Assembly: GCA_013239625.1 (NCBI GenBank)
Contig: MU053304.1
Coordinates: 1,736,001-1,800,000, forward strand
Length of the DNA stretch: 64,000 nt
From: Lama guanicoe
Taxonomy: Eukaryota
Direction: 5' to 3'
Part shown: in pieces, positions 1 to 48,286 of the stretch
How positions within the stretch are numbered: the stretch's first letter is position 1
Layout of the letters: the number at the start of each line of letters is the position of its first letter
Notes under the pieces: generated by a model
The model's input: the letters and a program-made list of their open reading frames with translations, nothing else
Databases searched by the model: none
Told to the model about the DNA's origin: nothing
Position numbers and translations under genes: made by a program

Positions 1-312
1 TTCTTACCAGTAGTTTAGCTAGTTAATACTGGAAAGTCCCCAACATTTTGTGAAACATACATTAGTAAAAATGAGAGGTACTGTGTAGTGGTGCCTTGTT
101 CTTCTCAACTGGTCAGAATGGTTAGTGGTTCTTTAGCTGGCTAAAATTTGTCTTAATGCTGTTTTTGGCATCTTTATAGACCCAAGTTGATCACAGTAGA
201 TAAGTTAATTTGTTTTCTAACCAAAAAGTTTTTATGGCATTTCAGATAATTACATCAGCTCGAACGCTTTATGATACTTACTCTGTTGTGTTTCTGAAGT
301 CTGTAATTTTAG

Positions 313-35439
<35,127 letters not shown>

Positions 35440-35757
35440 TCACAGCGAGCCACGCGGTGTCTGCCTGTTACAGCAAAAGAGAAAAATCATGATTTCTTTT
35501 CTAAATGTATCACCTGAGTCAAGGAAACATGTTACGCCTTCTTGTTGTAGGAAAAACGGCTTGCAGATTACAAAAGAGACACTTGGTTCATATTCATTAA
35601 TGGCCCCATGGACTTAAAGTGATCAGGCCCTAAAACATTGTTGTGATGAGGTTTCTTTAGCAAGTTCTTGTTTAAATTATCATTTATTTGATGAGTGAAG
35701 TTTTTAACTTGCTTTGCTGTGTGAAATTTACAAAAGGGATGTTTTCCAGGCTGAAAC

Positions 35758-35763
35758 AATAAA
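35758..35763 (+). terminator. Proximal polyadenylation signal AATAAA
   Basis: About 320 nt after the stop codon, followed by GT-rich sequence (gtcgctgtg...gctgtgtgt). Confidence 0.75.
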
Positions 35764-36603
35764 TGTCGCTGTGCAGTTTAATTCTGGGCTGTGTGTATCC
35801 ATCTAGCTAAGTCTGCAGTTTTGTTTCCTCCAAAGACAACTCTTGTACATAAGTACAGAAATTCAAACTCACGTGTATTTGACAAATACAGTTCGGTAGG
35901 TTAGCTCCACGTGCTTTTCACTCCCTTCAGTTTCCCGCCCTGGTCCCTGTCCTGTCTGTGCGGTTCACACCGTCTTTGTATACGATACCCACAGTTGGTA
36001 CATTTCCATTCGCCATGAGCTTTTGTTCCGTGTCCTCTCTCAAATTAAGATATAATTTAAAATTCATGGAATTGAAATATATTGTCAGTATAATTCAGCC
36101 TTTGTAACTAGGTAGCCTTTTCTTATAGCTTAGTTTTAATATAGTTGTAGGGTATTACCGGCCTCCCACCGGTGACACACGAGGACTGTTTACATGGCGA
36201 TTCCGGCAACGGCCACCCCTGGAGTGGAGACGGAGGAGCTCATTCATTTCTTTTGTGTAGGTCAACAGGTCTCCAGCTTGGGCTGGCCAGTATTTATTAT
36301 CCTATGGCCAGAACATTTGGAATTAATGTACGGTTTTAAATGAAATTAGCAGCTTTCATTCCCTGTCGGAGTTGAAAAAAAAAAAAGTTTTTCTCCCTTG
36401 TTCTGGTTTTAAGTTTTTGTTCATCGTCTTCTTTCATTTTTCCACCCTCCTCTTCCCCTGCTGCCAGTGCTCACTTGGGACAAACAGCTCAGCCTTTGTC
36501 TCGACACAGATAAAAGCACCTGTAAGCAATGCTCTGTCCAGTTGTTTTATGTGCTGATTTCTCAAATCTGCAATAATTCATCAGGTTGATGTTTTTACCT
36601 GAA

Positions 36604-36613
36604 AATAAATAAA
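36604..36613 (+). terminator. Second poly(A) signal candidate (overlapping AATAAATAAA)
   Basis: Two overlapping AATAAA hexamers followed by T/GT-rich sequence (ctttttgtttatagttctgtg). Confidence 0.5.
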
Positions 36614-39099
36614 GTTTGCTTCACCTTTTTGTTTATAGTTCTGTGCTGTATGCAAAACTTGGATTGTAGAGATGTCTCAGTGCAAGCGGACCACCATGTG
36701 TCCATGATCTTGCGTCATGACTGACGCGCTATTCAAAGAATTTCTAATAGCAACTTGAAGAACATAAAATATGGAAAGAAAATGGGAGGAGATTCCTTCC
36801 TTCCTAAGGTTCAAAATTAAGCCTGTTGCATAGATTTGAGAGAATTTCCATAATTCATCTTTCTGAAAATGAGAGATGAGCTCATTGTTTTGTTTTGTTT
36901 TGTTTTATTGGACTTTGAGAAATCAATTTTCTTTTGTTTGCTGTTCCAAAGTCTTATTTAATGGATGTAGAGACCCCTTTGTTCCCTATTCCACCACCTA
37001 AAAGAAACTCAGCGGTTTGTTTAATTTGGATTCCTGTGTCGTTTTACACTTAAATGGCCTTATATGAGCAGCCCCTTTCTCAGTGACCCTGTGAAGTGGA
37101 CTGGAGCCGGGAAGGGCGCTGGTGGCATGGCTCCCTGGTCCTTGCAGAGGCCCTGGCAAGCGAGCCGCTTCCCGCTGAAATCAGGAAAGGGAGCTGGGTT
37201 TCTTGCAGTTCTGACCTTGACAGCCTAGGAGCTGTGCAGTTTAATCAAGCGAAACTACTGTTAATGAACCAGTTGGTTTTAAACTGTTCTGACACCTTTT
37301 TACAAACTAAGCACAAAAGACTTTTGCCGAAACATGACATTTTGTTTCTCATTTTTTAAAGGGTTTTGTTGTTAGGATTTAGACATATGTACAAACAAAG
37401 TAATGTTTCATTTTCAAACACCTGTATTTGACATTTGATCCATATCACGGCCCTGGCAGATTTGGCCTCATTGATTTCAGCATCAAACGAGTACCTTTGG
37501 CAGTTTTGAATCAAACTCTGGAGCTTGATTGTTTCAGAGTCAGTAGTTAGCTGTTCAAAAGCTTTCAGTCTTTAGCTTACTCCTTAATTTGGGGGATCCT
37601 TGGTTAAGTAGGTGCAGGAAGACTCTTCCCATTGCAAAGCATCTCCCTCGGCAGAGGCCTTAATACTGCTTCGTAGGGAAAAACACACTTCATTTGCTGT
37701 TGCTCCAGTTATGCCTTAAGTTTCTTTGCTTAGTAATCCTGTCAACGCACTACTTTCTAAGTACTCTTTACACACATAGACCTTTGGGTAGTGATGAAGA
37801 TTTTGTTGTCTTTGAGTTTTCGCCAAGGCAGAGTCCGATGTTAGTCACAGCTAACACTGAGTGGCGCTGCCACGTAGACAGTCACTGATGGGATCTGCTT
37901 TGTACATGAAAACACTTTTAACTATTTAAGAAGGAAGGAAAAGTTAGGTTCATGTATTCCCCTCCGCCCAGCCCCCCAGAGAAGTGAACTGTAAGTTCTA
38001 GACAGTCTTCCTAGGAAGACACGGAGAGTTCCAGATGCCTTAGCCACGCCCAGCAGGAGCCTTACACGCAGCTTCTCATTGGACACAAGAGTTTTCTCTT
38101 CTTCAGCCCTGGTTCCCCGTGTTTTCACCGCAGCATTCTGTAAAGAAGGTCGTATCCCCAAGTCCGTCCTTCCTTGGCTGTTCCCGTGACTCTGGTACAG
38201 AACGGGGGGAGGGGAGGTGCCGCTGGCTGACATCCCTCCCTGTTCTGGGGCGTCAAGGCCACAAGGCTAAGGGACAGGACCCCGACTTCTGCATCCAAGA
38301 AATCGATTCAACTCCCGATTTTCCACAGTAAGGGTTATCACTAGACAGTTAGTAGTTTGTCTTCCCTTTAGTTCAACTCGTGTTGAGGTTGCACTCCCAA
38401 TTGCTGCCAGTGAGTAAACTGGGGAAGTGGGGTTGTCTTGCTGGGGAAAGACCTAACCGTGCATTCAGAAACCAAGTCCTTCTGGGGGGGGTCTGGATAT
38501 TCCTGTTCATTCTTCATTGGCAAAAATGATCAAGCCTTTAATTCATTTTATCTGAGGCTTTGTTTTTTTGACCCAGTTTATTTTCCCTGCTGTAATGAGA
38601 ACGTTGTTTGGAAATGTCATTCTGTATTTCTAACTCTGAAAAATGCTTCTGTATGGGTCTTCGGTGTGACGCTGCAGTAGCTGGCATCCCTGATAAAGGA
38701 TAACCTAGTGACGAATCACTGAAAACGCTTCCTTTGTTACCTCAAAAGAAAAAAAAAATTCCAAACAAAATATAGCATTTATATTTATAGAAAACGGAGG
38801 ATTGGCTGTTTTCCAAGAACTTCAAGTTAATTCTTATGCAAAAAAAGTTCTTAATTCTAAAGACTTGTTCTGCATAAAGGAGACATTCTTTAATAATGGA
38901 AGAGGTGGTTTTATTTTTACAACAAGCTTACTCATTACCAAACCTATAACCAATTGCTGATCTCCTGTGTAAAGCATTTTTTTTCTCTTACCTGAAACAG
39001 TGATTTATATGAACTGTTGGAATAATGGAACCTCAAACTACAGATGTGTATGTAAAATTGCATAAATGCACTGACTTCCTTCTCCCTGAATATATTTTT

Positions 39100-39105
39100 A
39101 ATAAA
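39100..39105 (+). terminator. Distal poly(A) signal candidate AATAAA
   Basis: Ends a stretch with no obvious repeats that runs from the stop codon; T-rich sequence downstream. Confidence 0.4.
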
Positions 39106-41176
39106 CAGCATTATCCTACATGGTCAGTTTTATTAAATTATGCACAACTAAAGGGTTCTTCTGAGAAGTGGTATGTTTGTCTGGGTGGCTTCTGTAAAGC
39201 TTCCTATCGTGGTAAGTAACAGTAGTCTTAGCCTTTTTTGGAGGCAGATAGATAGTGGAGAGTTAGTTACAGGAGAAAATTCAGAGATGACCCTAACACT
39301 TGCATGTTGGTGGAGAGAGATTATGTTAAACTTGTTCTGTAAGCTGTTCCTCGGCAGTGGTGAGGTGGCCTCTGGGGTGGGGAGACACTTGACAACGTGC
39401 ACAGGCAACAGAACCTCCTGGTTGGACCCCCACGAGGTCACCGTGCTTGGCTTTCAAGGCTGGTGCTCTGCCCTTGACAAAGGTCTGGATCATCATCCTA
39501 TTCTAAAACAGAAAAGGAAAAGTAGAATTGATTTAGGAAAGCAAAGGAGATGGGGGGTTTGAAACTTTGCTTGTTTTGATTTTGTTGTTACTGTTTAAGA
39601 GAAGAAGAGGAGGAAATGTATACGTAGATGTGTCCACAACACACACACGTGCACGAACACACACGCTTCTCTGGTCTGTTGGTGCAACTGCCTAAGGATA
39701 AAGCCACAGTTTCCCCTTGTTGAATCACTTGGTCTGGAAAATGACTTTGAATCTCAGGTGATGGGTGCTACGAACTCAGGCCTTGCACCAGCCTGGCGCA
39801 GACATGAAGTCTGTACCGTGCAGAGCCATCGGTGTCACCAGTGCCGGGGTGGGGCTGAGGAGCATCACATTTTTGGTTGATGTCATTCTGTGAATGGACG
39901 TTGGCATGTTGGGCTATAGAGAAGTTTTAAATCTCAGTGGCAGTTGTGTCCAATAGGAAACAGTGTCCCTTCAGACCCTCTTGAACCCAGTGCATGGGGA
40001 AGGTGGGGCATTTTGTTACAATTCTTGTAACTCGCATGCTCCCTGAAACCTCTCCATCCCTCGTTCTCTGCCAGGTAGGTTACGGACCTCAGGTGTGTCT
40101 GGTCTCTGCTCCGGCCCTCCCCCGACTCTACGTGGGGGTGCTGGTGCCGCAAGCCACTCCGTCCTGCCTTTGTGGGGAGCTGCCAGGGCAGCAGGCCCCA
40201 GAACCCCCAAGAACTCACCTGCGTACTTCAGGCAACTGTGGGAGACACCTGAGGTGCTTGTACCTCAGATAACCCCGTGGTGGCTTCAAGGCCCAGGCAC
40301 AAGTGGAAGATGGTGCTGTCCCTGGGAATTCAGGTTTGAGGAATAGATTTTAATACCTTCTCTGTGCCTAAGATACACTGAACATCCATTAGGGACACTA
40401 TCTTAAGAATTTACATTAATATCAAGAAAATTGCGCTAAGGAATATGAGGGCAGAAAACACAAGCCGAGAATGTTAAAGGGACAGGCCCGTGTTCACACT
40501 GATTTTCCGTGACTGGATGTGAAGATCCGGTTATCTGAAATAACCGTAGAGAACGAACATGATAAAGGGAAAGCCCAACACTCTCCCTTTGGTGTTTGCT
40601 TCCTAATGAGGGAATATGGGCCTCGGGTAAGACCATTCATCCAGTCAGTCCCCTCCGGGAGTGCGTCTCGACGCCACCTAGGCAGAACTCACAGCCCCTG
40701 GAATCCAGGCGTCACAGGAACTGGCACAGAGCAGGCAAAGGGCTCCGTGGCATTGCACGTGGCCGAGCAGGACGAGCCCTGGACCATCTGGCCCGACCTG
40801 GCACCTCCCTGCAGGGAGAGTCGTGACCCCTAACCTCGCGGCCCTCACCCTCCCCTCTGTACTTGTCAAACCAGTTCACTCGTCTCAAAGGTCACATTTT
40901 AGTGTTAATATTCTTACAATCTTGGGTGTAATTCTTCGAACTGTCTCCCGGGGTCTCTCCATGGAGGCCTCGCGGGCACTTTGGTTGGCCCAGCCCTTCC
41001 TGTTGGAGCATCTGGCTTCCCTGGCTCCAGGCTCCAGACCTCAGTAGCACTCACCCTCAGTCGCTGTGACAAGTCAAGATGCCCCCAATACTCCCAGACA
41101 TCCCAGATAATCAGGGTGTTACCCCCCTGGCTGAGAAACAGGGATTATGTGTTGCAGCTTTTGGAAAGCAATCAAG

Positions 41177-41331
41177 GTTTTTTTTGTTTTTTGGTTTTTG
41201 TTTTTGTTTTTTTAATTGAAGTATAGTCAGTTTACAGTGTGTCAACCTCTGGTGCACAGCATAATGATTCGGTCATACATGGACATACATATATATTCAT
41301 TTTCATGTTCTTTTTCATTATAGATTACTAT
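41177..41331 (-). mobile_element. Short 5'-truncated L1 3' end, same family as 24113
   Basis: T-rich tail then ttaattgaagtatagtcagtttaca; TSD gcaatcaag at 41168-41176 and 41332-41340. Confidence 0.8.
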
Positions 41332-41466
41332 GCAATCAAGTTTTATATTCAGCCAATGATTGTGGTTAATAACAAATCAAAACTTTGCAGCACTTGTGAG
41401 CAGGTACAACTTAGGGATAAGAAGAGGACATCACCTAGAAAAGACCATAATTCTGCCCTCCCCCAC

Positions 41467-41470
41467 TACG

Positions 41471-41501
<31 letters not shown>

Positions 41502-41523
41502 ATGCGCGCACACACGCACACAC
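41467..41523. repeat. Alternating purine-pyrimidine tract, (CG)5(CA)n compound microsatellite
   Basis: 57 bp of unbroken alternation read directly. Confidence 0.9.
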
Positions 41524-43800
41524 TGCATACCTCTCCTCCCTTCCTTCCATTAGGAGGAAGTCATCTTCCTTACCGCTCTGATATCCGACTTAAATGAGAA
41601 CTTCTGCCATGCTGGAAAGAGAATTTCCTCTTTTTGTATCAAATATAACTAACCTTGAGAGAATACTAAATTCAGAAAATGTCATTATAATTGTCACTTT
41701 TCCAATTTCAAAGCAGTCTTACTGAAATTCATTGAGAAAAGTCCAGTCGTTCTGATGTCAGAGGATGTTCAGTAAATTGTTCAAGCCAATGTTTTCAACT
41801 TTCTAGAACTACACAATCAAAAGAACTTGGTCTCATAGCATAGCATTACGGGCTAATAGAAGAGGCAAAAAATAAGCTTGCTTTCCCCGTGGACAATTCA
41901 GTGCTGTAAGAGATTCGTTTGCTCCCATTGTTCTGATACATAACATTCCAGCTGGATAGAGAGAAAACAGAATCCATTTCCTCCCAAAGCGTTAAATGAT
42001 GTTTTGACAAACAGAGATAAAAACTTGAGATTTCTGTGGTCTTTCTCTCCAACATGTCATTTTCCTGGTCTGTCTCCTAACACCCACGGGGATGAGACGG
42101 AATCTCTTCAATCACTGATCAACCTGACATCTACCAGAAAGGGGATGAATTTTAAAAAAAGGGTTTTTTAATTGTTTTTCCTTTACTTGGAGATTTTCAT
42201 TAGGATTGCATGGCCAATTAAGCACACTACAAACAGTTTAATGTGATGTGTTCAGTCCTCCTATTTTGCCATCTGCCGTCTCATCTCTGGTGCCTGGCGA
42301 GACGCCTGTCCTAGACGGCGCTCAGATAGGCACTGAGGAGTCCATGGGGACTTTGGCATGTGTGTTGTTTCCTCTTTGCCACTCAGACTGTGTCACCGGT
42401 GCTCTTTGACTTCAAGGAGTTTAAGATCCAGGTAGAAGGCAAAATGGAACCAATACAACTATGTACACAGCTAAGTGCTAAATTATGTGGATTTGTAAAA
42501 ATCCAAAGGAGAAATAGGTCATCAACAGAGTTATACGGAGTCAGAAAAACAACCTCTTAACATCACCGCCACCACCAAGAGCAGAAACAACCAGGTCTGT
42601 AACCAGTGGTGATACCTCCTTCTTTGACAAAATGTGCTGTTGACACAGTCCTGTTGTATTTTTTGGTAAATCATTTGCTTGGGCCAGTATAGACAAACAA
42701 AATCAGAGTTTGTTCAGGAAAGAAGCAGATTCATGACCAAGTAGGATGACCTGGGAATGACTAGTGCTGGTCAGAATTAAAAAGCATTTCTGTCATAAAC
42801 TGATGAATGAAAAAAAAAAAAAACACCCTCAGTATTCCTATTGCCAGAGTAGACGTGATACAAGGGGATGAAAAAGTCCATTTTGAAAACAAACCAATTT
42901 TTTAAAAATCAATTTGAAGATTACACATAGAGTATTGTGATTCTATTTGTTTCAAAATATACTTAGTACAGACAGCCCAGGAGAGAGGGAAGTCAACAAA
43001 CAGTGGTTCTATCAATTATATTTCATTTTTGATGACAAAATTTTTTTCAACTCAAAGCTGCTGCTTGTCTCAGTGCAGAGTTTTGTAAATATTGACCAAA
43101 TACTGTGAAATTTCAAAATTAAACTCTTTTCTGATACTTACAAAACTTGTTATGAAGATTTCTATGTAACTGCCATGGTATTTGAGAAAGATGCCTGGCT
43201 CTAAATTTTGATACTTGGGTTTTTGTTGTTTTTTTCAATTTGACCTTGGATAAGTCGTGTAACTTTCACTGAGTGTTTCCTTATCTGGGAAATTATGGGA
43301 GCAGATAGATTAATATCCTGCTCCCAAACTCTCAGCTCTGACGCCTGTCACAATCCTTGGACTGTCTTTTCAGTTCAACTCAGTTGATTTAAGAGGTGGC
43401 ACAGGTCCTCTTCTAATCAAGTTGAATAAAATACCTCTTCTAATCAAGTTGAACGAAATCAATGTAACTGTCTCCTACACAGTCTGAATTTGCCAAAAGA
43501 AAAGTATAGATCTATTTTGGAAATACACTGAAGCTGCTTTTGGCCCGTTATTAACACAGGTATTAAAACGCCTAAGGAAATGTTATTTTGATTCTATGCC
43601 TTGGTCTTTTAAATTGTCCTTAGTGTTTAGTTCTAGTGGGTTTTCTGTTGGTTTGTTCAGTTACCATTTCCTAGAACTGGGATTTTGTTTTCCTTTTAGC
43701 ACTGGGATGTTAAAAGCCAATACCTTTGGTTAGTTTCGTCTTCAAAACTTAGAGATGTGCAGATTCTCGAATCTGGGAGAGTCATTAGAAAGGCAAACCA

Positions 43801-44838
43801 ACCTGTTCAAAAATGATTTAGTTAACACATTATTCAAGACCACGTATCTGTTATTTTCCAGATGGGCGACACACTGGTGATTAAGACCCCTCCACAGGAA
43901 GGGATGTAAAGGCTCTCCCAGTGCCCAAAGGGACAAGAGATCATGCTAAGATATTAAACCAAGGTTTTGCCTTCACCCCTCCCTCCATCCCTGCTTTCTG
44001 GTTCTCGTTCCTTCCCCAGCCACTCAGCACCAGCATGAGATTTCTATGTGTGCTGAGTCTTGGGTAGGAAGGCCATAGAGAAAATAAAGAGAATTTCTGG
44101 CTGCTGGATTTCTAAATAGCAGGGGTAGCAGCCTTCTAATTACAGCTTCTCATTGCACCCCCTTCCCCACTCTCACCCTCAAAACAAAACACAAGGCTTT
44201 TTGGAGGGGAAGTGTCTGTGTGTGTGTGTGTGTGCACGTGTGCATTTGTGTCTGTTTTTTATTTTGTCATATTTTTTGAATACACAAAAATTGGAATTTA
44301 CATATCAGTAGCCAAAGACCTGTTCAAAAATGATTTAGTTAACACATTATTCAAGACCACGTATCTGTTATTTTCCAGATGGGCGACACACTGGTGATTA
44401 AGACCCCTCCACAGGAAGGGATGTAAAGGCTCTCCCAGTGCCCAAAGGGACAAGAGATCATGCTAAGATATTAAACCAAGGTTTTGCCTTCACCCCTCCC
44501 TCCATCCCTGCTTTCTGGTTCTCGTTCCTTCCCCAGCCACTCAGCACCAGCATGAGATTTCTATGTGTGCTGAGTCTTGGGTAGGAAGGCCATAGAGAAA
44601 ATAAAGAGAATTTCTGGCTGCTGGATTTCTAAATAGCAGGGGTAGCAGCCTTCTAATTACAGCTTCTCATTGCACCCCCTTCCCCACTCTCACCCTCAAA
44701 ACAAAACACAAGGCTTTTTGGAGGGGAAGTGTCTGTGTGTGTGTGTGTGTGTGTGCACGTGTGCATTTGTGTCTGTTTTTTATTTTGTCATATTTTTTGA
44801 ATACCCAAAGCCTGGCATTTGCATATCAGTAGCCAAAG
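43801..44838. repeat. Direct tandem duplication, 517 bp (43801-44317) + 521 bp (44318-44838)
   Basis: Copies look identical by eye except (TG)9 vs (TG)11 and 6 clustered mismatches near the end. Confidence 0.95.
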
Positions 44839-45513
44839 CTTCAGTGATTCAGAGCAAACGCTTTATGTGAACATAAGAACAGTTTTACTGCCACAGCAAC
44901 AGGAGATAAAAATGTGAGTAGCCGTCAGACTAGGGAGAAAGAGCAGAAAATGATGAGGATTAAGTTATAATAGGTCCCCAACAAGCCACACAGGACCCAC
45001 AACCCAGGCTAAGTCCCCAACAGTTGAGACAATGGCTTGTCAGTGTTGCTGGATTTGCTGACAATCACCTTCCTGACTAGTGCCTGATTCTCAGCTTTCC
45101 ATGGAAACCACAGAGAAACCCTCCAAATATGCATTTTTCACATTGCCAGAACAAAGAAGCAACTTAATAAATTCAGCTGGATTTAGGATTTCTCCTTGGT
45201 AGGTGAGAGTGTTTTTCTTGTTTCCGTATCCCAGTGATGGAGGAATAGGATGGTGGCTGCAGAGATGAGCTTTTGCTAATTTAGATATTACATGTCTGTC
45301 CTGCATTGAACACAGCTGCTTGTTCTTTAAGTTTTTGCCATAAAACTTCTGTTCTATAACTTCCTATTCTTTCCTGCTTCATAGGCTTCCAATCAATTTT
45401 CTCTTAATTTCTAAAAAACAAAATACAAAAAAACTCCCATCTCCTTCTCTTCTCTCCTAGGCTGGGGTTGCAAGGCCAGCATAGTGAACTCCAATGACCA
45501 TTCATTGGGAGGA

Positions 45514-45801
45514 TGTATTAGTTAGGTAGTGCTGTGTAACAAGTTATCTCAAAATTTAGCAGCTTAAAACAACGAAAATGTATTATATATCCAATGGTCA
45601 CCAATCTAGGAGCAACTTAAGTGGGTGGTTTTAGATCAGTCTCTCATGAGTCCATTGGGACTGTAGTTACTGGAAGCTGGAGGATCTACTGAGCTATTCA
45701 CATGGCTGTTGGCAGGAGGCCTCAGTTACTCATGAACTGTCAGCTACATACCTCCATTCCTTGCTACATGTGTCTCTTGCCCAAGACAGAAGCCATGTCC
45801 T
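45514..45801. mobile_element. MLT1-type (MaLR) LTR fragment
   Basis: tgtattagtt...gctgtgtaaca...aaaatttagcagcttaaaacaac...cacatggctgttggcaggaggcctcag. Confidence 0.65.
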
Positions 45802-46441
45802 TGAGACAGGAAGGAAGAAGGTAGGGCACAGTTATTCAAGAAATGACACAGCAATTAACACCAGGGTGGTGGAAAATTCAACTTCCAACAGGCCTTGAGG
45901 CCCAAGATGGAGGGAGATTTGACTTCTAGTAGACCTTGAGCTTCATTATATGCTCATTGTTATGTATTAGCATGGTAAATGGCACTCCCACAGGTGCCAG
46001 GACAGTTTTAAGGCTGACCATAAAAGCTCAAAGGGTGGGTGGTGGGAATCCCACCCCTTTCCCAAAGTAGTTGCAATAACCCTCCCACTTGTTAGCATAT
46101 GAAGTTACCGAGCCCATAAAAACTAGCAACACCCGCACGGTCTGGCCACACTCCCTTCTGGGTGAGACGGCGAGCACTCTGTCTATGGAGTGTGTGTCTA
46201 CTTTCACTTTAAGCCAAGCACCCAACCCCCACACTCCATGGCCTTTCTCTCGCCTTTTGAAACAGCCTACACTCTATGTAGTGTGTATCTCTCTGAATAA
46301 ATCTACCTTTACTCAACTGTGGCTTGCTCTTAAATTCTTTCCTGCACGAAGACGAGGACCTACACTTGGCAGGTCACGTCCCAGGGACTCAACCGAGACC
46401 TGGGACATGGCCATCCTCTCACCACACATTTTCTGGTATCA
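45802..46441 (+). mobile_element. MER41-like ERV1 solo LTR
   Basis: Starts tgagacagg, ends tatca; TATA-like cataaaaa near 46115 and AATAAA near 46296; several blocks resemble MER41. Confidence 0.7.
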
Positions 46442-47989
46442 GTCTCAGGCCTGGCCAAGTCAGCTCCTAACCATCCACTCAGTCTGCCAGCTGGACCCGG
46501 GCAGCTGCCCAGGCGAGTGAGAGGCTGCATGACCTGGGATCCTTCTTGTGTTAAAAGGACATTCAATGCGTGTCTGCAGGTCGGGAATAAAGGCAGTTGG
46601 TTTCCAGGGAGGGAAGGACCCGGGACAAACACACCGGTGTATCACTTCCACTGCCTCGGGGAGGTGCTTAATATTTAAAGTGTACTCAGATACTCAGAGA
46701 CATGTCTCTTCTTTGTGTGCAGGTGGCAAAATATGCTGTGAGTCACTTGTAGCTCAAAAGAAAGGAGTTGTTGGGTGAGAGGGTTTGCTTCCCACTGTAG
46801 TTTCCAGCTGGTGTCATTGGCTGGCTGGCTGGGTCATATTCCTCTTTGGGTGACATCAATTTTGAACAGGTGGGTGAGCACTTTCACGTGGAATTTCATT
46901 TTATCCCAGGTTCGCTGCTCTCTTAAAACAGTTCTATGATGGCTAGTACAGCAGTGGTCTCTGCGTTGGTCCAGCAGGATTGCTACATGGATGCGGAGGG
47001 TAAGTGGGGCAGCCCTCTATCTGACAACCCTCAGAATCCAATCCTTCTGAGCTAGCAAGTGCTTAGCAATCATCTGGCTCAGCTTTCTCATGTTTCAGAT
47101 GAGAAAAGAGGTCAAGAAAGGTCCAGGGACTTGATCATGTAGCTGCTAAATGGCTGAGCCATAGAGGCCCAGACTCCAAGCCCCAGGGTCTCTTTGGGAG
47201 ACCTGGGCGCCCAGAAGGCTGGGGACTGGGCATTAGAGTTGCCGCCTCTGCTCCTGCTCAATGTGAAGTCTGCTCCCCAGTGTCCTGGACCAGGATCCTC
47301 TTCTTCACCCACTGCCCACTCCTGCTTTTCAATCCATCCTCCAGAAGCTCTAATTATTAAAAGATTCTTCCAATTTTTGTAATAACTACTGCTGGAAAAG
47401 CATGTTTTATTTACATTCTGTATCTCATGTTTTCAATCCAGTAACAAAAACCAGAGAAGTCTTTGCTCTTTTGTGCTCTTTATCCTTGGAAAAACGGATG
47501 GTTTGTAGAATATGACTCTCCCTAGGCAGTTTTTCTCTCTCCGTTCCTTCCATTTTCCCCTGAATTTATTATTAGTAATTTTAGAGAAGTCTTTCCTAAA
47601 GCACTGCTCTCCAAAGGAATAGCAAACACTGGTTTCTTATCTGAATGGCTTTGAATTAATGTTAAGACTGAGTTCTAACAAAAGGAGGAAGACTTGTCTG
47701 GGTAGAGAAGCTCATCTTGGGAAGGAGCTGGACCTGCCTCTGTAACTGAGGCAGTGAGACTATAACTAGGGACTCCCAGCCTTATTCCCACTCTGTGTCT
47801 TAGTTACGGTCTGGCTATGACCTTACGTTCCCTGAGTCTGACTCCCACCCTAGCTCACCGCTGACTTACTCAGCTCACTGCTGATGGAGGATGCTGTTCA
47901 CACACGTCAAGACTGAAGATCAGTTGATCTATAGGCTTCACCCCTGTTTCTTATTCTCCAGGACTTGCCAACCGAAGACTTATGGCTCA

Positions 47990-48286
47990 GATAATGTTCC
48001 AGCCCCGAGACCTGACGGATACTTGGAACCGTGTGATCATGATAGTCATCTCTGAAAACAGATGACTGCCTTCTCCCTGGCACATAGCCCTCTCCTCTTT
48101 TCCCTGTATAATCTGAGCGAAACCTGGGGAGTCAGGAGTTGGTCCTTTGGGACATAAGTCCCTCTTCTCCCCTGGGTTGCCGGCTTCCTCAGTAAACCTG
48201 TCTTTCCTTTTATCCAACACTTGCCTCTTGGTGTTGGATCTCTCAGCGATGAGCAGCTTGGTAGCACCGCATTTTTCTCCTGGCAA
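47990..48286 (+). mobile_element. ERV-type LTR fragment
   Basis: tgtataa, ttggtcctttgggacataagtcc, agtaaacc...ccaacacttgcctc and gagcagc, resembling U3-R-U5 layout. Confidence 0.5.

Noticed and set aside
43407..44838. Direct repeats as a CRISPR-like or recombination array
   Set aside because: Only two copies each, no spacer structure, mammalian context.
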